A DNA stretch of 64,000 nt from an uncultured delta proteobacterium. GTDB lineage: Bacteria > Myxococcota > Kuafuiibacteriia > Kuafuiibacteriales > Kuafuiibacteriaceae. A model generated the notes under the pieces. It did not search any database. It saw nothing but the letters and a program-made list of their open reading frames with translations, and had not been told where the DNA came from. Both the position numbers and the translations under genes were made by a program. Below are positions 61,434 through 64,000 of the stretch, one piece after another. Within the stretch, counting starts at the first letter, position 1. Each line of letters opens with the position of its first letter. The stretch is from the NCBI GenBank assembly GCA_963803435.1, contig CAWDML010000009.1:160001-224000 (forward strand), written 5' to 3'.

Positions 61434-62921
61434 ATGCTGAGAAAGCTGGTCGGCTACGCGGCGTACATGTTCGGCGCGAACAGCGTGACCTCGCTGCTCA
61501 CGCTGGGCGTGACGATGCTCGGGATGTCGACGCGCTCGAAGGAGGCGTTCGGCGACTACGCCCTCTACGTCCTCATCTACACCACCGGCCAGTCGCTGTT
61601 CGTCCTCGGCGCCAACGCTGCGATCCAGCGCTACACCGGCGGCGACAACGAGAACCGCATTCGCTTCGCGAAGCTCGCCTACGTGGGCTTCTTCATCCTC
61701 CTGGCTGCCTCGCTGGTCCTCGGCGCCGGGCTCTGGTCTGTGACCCATCGAACGGTGGTGGCCATGGGCTGCCTGGGTGTGCCCTGGGTCGTGATCTTCT
61801 TCTGGGGCCGCTACATCGTGCGCAGCACCCTGGAGGCGCGCCTGGAGGCGCGGATCATGGTGGTGGGCTCTCTCTCCAACTCGGTCTTCCAGTTCATCCT
61901 GCTCACGTTCACCGACTGGCGGGACGCGCTGATCTTCGGCGACGTCCTCGCCCTGATGATGTCCGGCCTCGTCGCGCTGATCCTCATCCCCGCCGGCGTG
62001 CAAGCGAGCTTTCGACAGATCGTGAAGACCCGCGTCCCCGCCGAGTTCTGGCGGGAGAGCTTCAAGTTCGCGATTCCGCTGTGGTGGGCCGGGCAGGTGT
62101 TCCAGGCCCGCGCGGCGCTCGATCGCTTCAGCACCCGCATCATGCTGGGCCCGCGCCCGCTCGGCGCGTACCAGGCGGTCGTCACCATGTGGCAGTTCGT
62201 GGCCAAGCCGATGGACTTCTTCGGTCAGGCCGTCCTGCCCGGGCTCGCCTCCTCGAAGGAGGAGGAACGCGACCTCCTCTATCGTGAGATCGTGCGTGTC
62301 GCGTTTCTCACCTTCTGCGTCATCAGCATCGCCGTGGGCGCCGGCATCCCGCTCCTGTTCCAGTCGATCGACTTCGTCTTCGGCTTGCTCGGACGGGAGA
62401 GCCCGCCGATCCAGGTCAAGTACGCCGAGGTGCCGCCGCTGTTGATGCTGGCGGTCCTCGCGATCCCGGCCACCGCGGTCGAGATGTGTGCGAACCAGTA
62501 CGCCGTCATCCTCGGTCGCCAGGGCCTGGTCTTCCGGGCGCAGGTCATCACCGTCATCACGCTGGCGATTGGTCTCTACCCGCTGATCGAGCTCTACGGG
62601 ATCATGGGTGTGGTGATCGCCGGCGACGTCGCCGCGGTCGCCAATGCGCTCACGTTCGTGATCGGCCTGTGGGGCCTCCGCACCGCCTCCATGCGCACGA
62701 CGCTCCGCTGGCTGATCGCGACGCAGATCCTCACCATGGTGGCGATGGCGCCCGTCTGGTGGTTCCGCGGGATCCAGTTCGATTGGCTCCTCGCCGTCCC
62801 CGCCGTCGCGATCTTCGTGATCGGGGCGATGGTGGTCCGCATGCTCAGCTTCGAGGACTTCCGCCGGCTCGCCCGCTCCCTCAAGAAGCGCCAGCTCGCG
62901 CCCGAGACCGGCGATGCCTGA
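61434..62921 (+). CDS. Wzx-like oligosaccharide flippase
   Basis: About 12-14 hydrophobic segments, EAFGDYAL, DRFSTRIMLG..LGAY, VLPGLA. Confidence 0.82.
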   Translation: MLRKLVGYAAYMFGANSVTSLLTLGVTMLGMSTRSKEAFGDYALYVLIYTTGQSLFVLGANAAIQRYTGGDNENRIRFAKLAYVGFFILLAASLVLGAGLWSVTHRTVVAMGCLGVPWVVIFFWGRYIVRSTLEARLEARIMVVGSLSNSVFQFILLTFTDWRDALIFGDVLALMMSGLVALILIPAGVQASFRQIVKTRVPAEFWRESFKFAIPLWWAGQVFQARAALDRFSTRIMLGPRPLGAYQAVVTMWQFVAKPMDFFGQAVLPGLASSKEEERDLLYREIVRVAFLTFCVISIAVGAGIPLLFQSIDFVFGLLGRESPPIQVKYAEVPPLLMLAVLAIPATAVEMCANQYAVILGRQGLVFRAQVITVITLAIGLYPLIELYGIMGVVIAGDVAAVANALTFVIGLWGLRTASMRTTLRWLIATQILTMVAMAPVWWFRGIQFDWLLAVPAVAIFVIGAMVVRMLSFEDFRRLARSLKKRQLAPETGDA

Positions 62922-64000
62922 CAGGCACTCGCTGGCGGTTCTCCTCCTCCTCACCGTGCTGGCGTTCGGCCTCCGCTTGAGCCGGCTCGACTGGTCTTTC
63001 TCCGGCGACGAGACCACGACGATCGAGGAGGAGGGCGTCCTCTTCCGCGGCCTTCCGGCCGACCCGTCCAGCCAGCTGTACAAGCTGCCGCGCGTGAACC
63101 CGCTCGGATATCTCGTGCACCACGTCGGCTATCTCCTCTTCGGCTTCGACGAGCGCGGCACACGGACCTCCTCCGCGATCTTCGGCGCGCTGCAGGTCGT
63201 GATCACGTTTCTGCTGCTCGAGGGGCTGCTCGGACGTCCGACCGCGTTCGCAACGGCGGCGTTGATCCTGACCTGGCCCGATCATCTGGTCGCCAGCCAA
63301 GACAATCGCTTCTACATCGTGGCCGCCTTCTTCGTCTGGCTCGCGCTCTTGCTCGGCGGACACGCGGTCAAGCGGCGCTCATGGCGGTGGTTGCTGGCGG
63401 CCTCGGTCGCCGCCTGCCTCGGCATCCTGAGCCACGCGGTGCAAGGGCTGGTGCTCGGCACGCTTGCGAGCGGGGTGCTGGCGGCCGCCTGGGCCGAGAA
63501 GCGACGTCCCGACACGCGCATGCTGCTGGTCCTCGGTGGGACCGGCGTGGCGGTGCTCCTCTACTTCGTCCTCCGCCTGCTTCCGCTCGTCAGAGGTTGG
63601 AACGAGGGCTCGAGCTGGGGCTACTCGACGTCGCATGCGATCCTCGCCGCCGCCAGCAGCGTCGGTGTCCCGCTGGCGCTCCTGGTGCCGGCCGGCGCGC
63701 TGCTCCTGTTCCGGCGTCGCACCACGCAGAGCTGGTACTGGCTCGCGTGCTCGCTGTCCTGGGTATTCATGGTCGTCGTGCTGCCGAGCTTCGTCGTCTA
63801 TCACCCGCCGTATGCGTTCCCGCTGGAGGCAACGGCCTACGTGCTGGTGGGTGCGCTGTTCGGCGAGATCTACGATCGGCTCCGCGAGCAGGGCGCCCTC
63901 ATCGCGACGTCGTTCATCGGTCTGGTGGTGCTGATCAACGTTCCGGGCGTCGCGAGCCACCTGATGGACGGCTCCCGGTACGACTATCGAAGTGTCGCGG
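62914..64000 (+). CDS. GT-C (PMT/ArnT-like) membrane glycosyltransferase, truncated by the window end
   Basis: MPDRHSLAVLLLLTVLAFGLRLSRLDWSFSGDE..., RTSSAIFG, SQDNRFY. The frame appears open to the end of the window. Confidence 0.75.
   Translation, partial: MPDRHSLAVLLLLTVLAFGLRLSRLDWSFSGDETTTIEEEGVLFRGLPADPSSQLYKLPRVNPLGYLVHHVGYLLFGFDERGTRTSSAIFGALQVVITFLLLEGLLGRPTAFATAALILTWPDHLVASQDNRFYIVAAFFVWLALLLGGHAVKRRSWRWLLAASVAACLGILSHAVQGLVLGTLASGVLAAAWAEKRRPDTRMLLVLGGTGVAVLLYFVLRLLPLVRGWNEGSSWGYSTSHAILAAASSVGVPLALLVPAGALLLFRRRTTQSWYWLACSLSWVFMVVVLPSFVVYHPPYAFPLEATAYVLVGALFGEIYDRLREQGALIATSFIGLVVLINVPGVASHLMDGSRYDYRSVA

Overview
GC-rich bacterial chromosomal window with a Myxococcota-like gene set: Cys-rich lipoproteins, MYXO-CTERM-like tails, two Hanks-type Ser/Thr kinases and an ECF/anti-sigma/caspase cassette. 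It holds about 50 CDS. Housekeeping genes include glnII (with a sigma54 promoter), ftsE, sodB, archease-rtcB, an MdlAB-like ABC pair, moaD-moaE, an RlmD-like methyltransferase, hpf, rpmB-rpsR, an LpoA-like gene, a flippase and a GT-C glycosyltransferase. Highlights: (1) two copies of an IS1182-type element with CTAG-type target sites. Each carries an intact four-helix-bundle passenger gene and inverted hexamer arrays, while the transposases have different, nearly complementary multiple internal deletions. (2) Many frameshifts are the same event, GATC->GATTC/GAATC, plus one GATC->GATT nonsense change, suggesting a DNA modification at GATC that shows up as consensus errors. (3) A tightly packed run of thiolase, catalytically dead ALDH, B12-radical SAM, heme-oxygenase-like diiron enzyme, beta-helix protein and diheme cytochrome. 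(4) An HTH-EgtD-like methyltransferase fusion. (5) A 33-bp motif repeated upstream of two envelope genes, and a long intergenic hairpin. No rRNA, tRNA or CRISPR array was seen. All family calls come from motif recognition by eye, not database searches.
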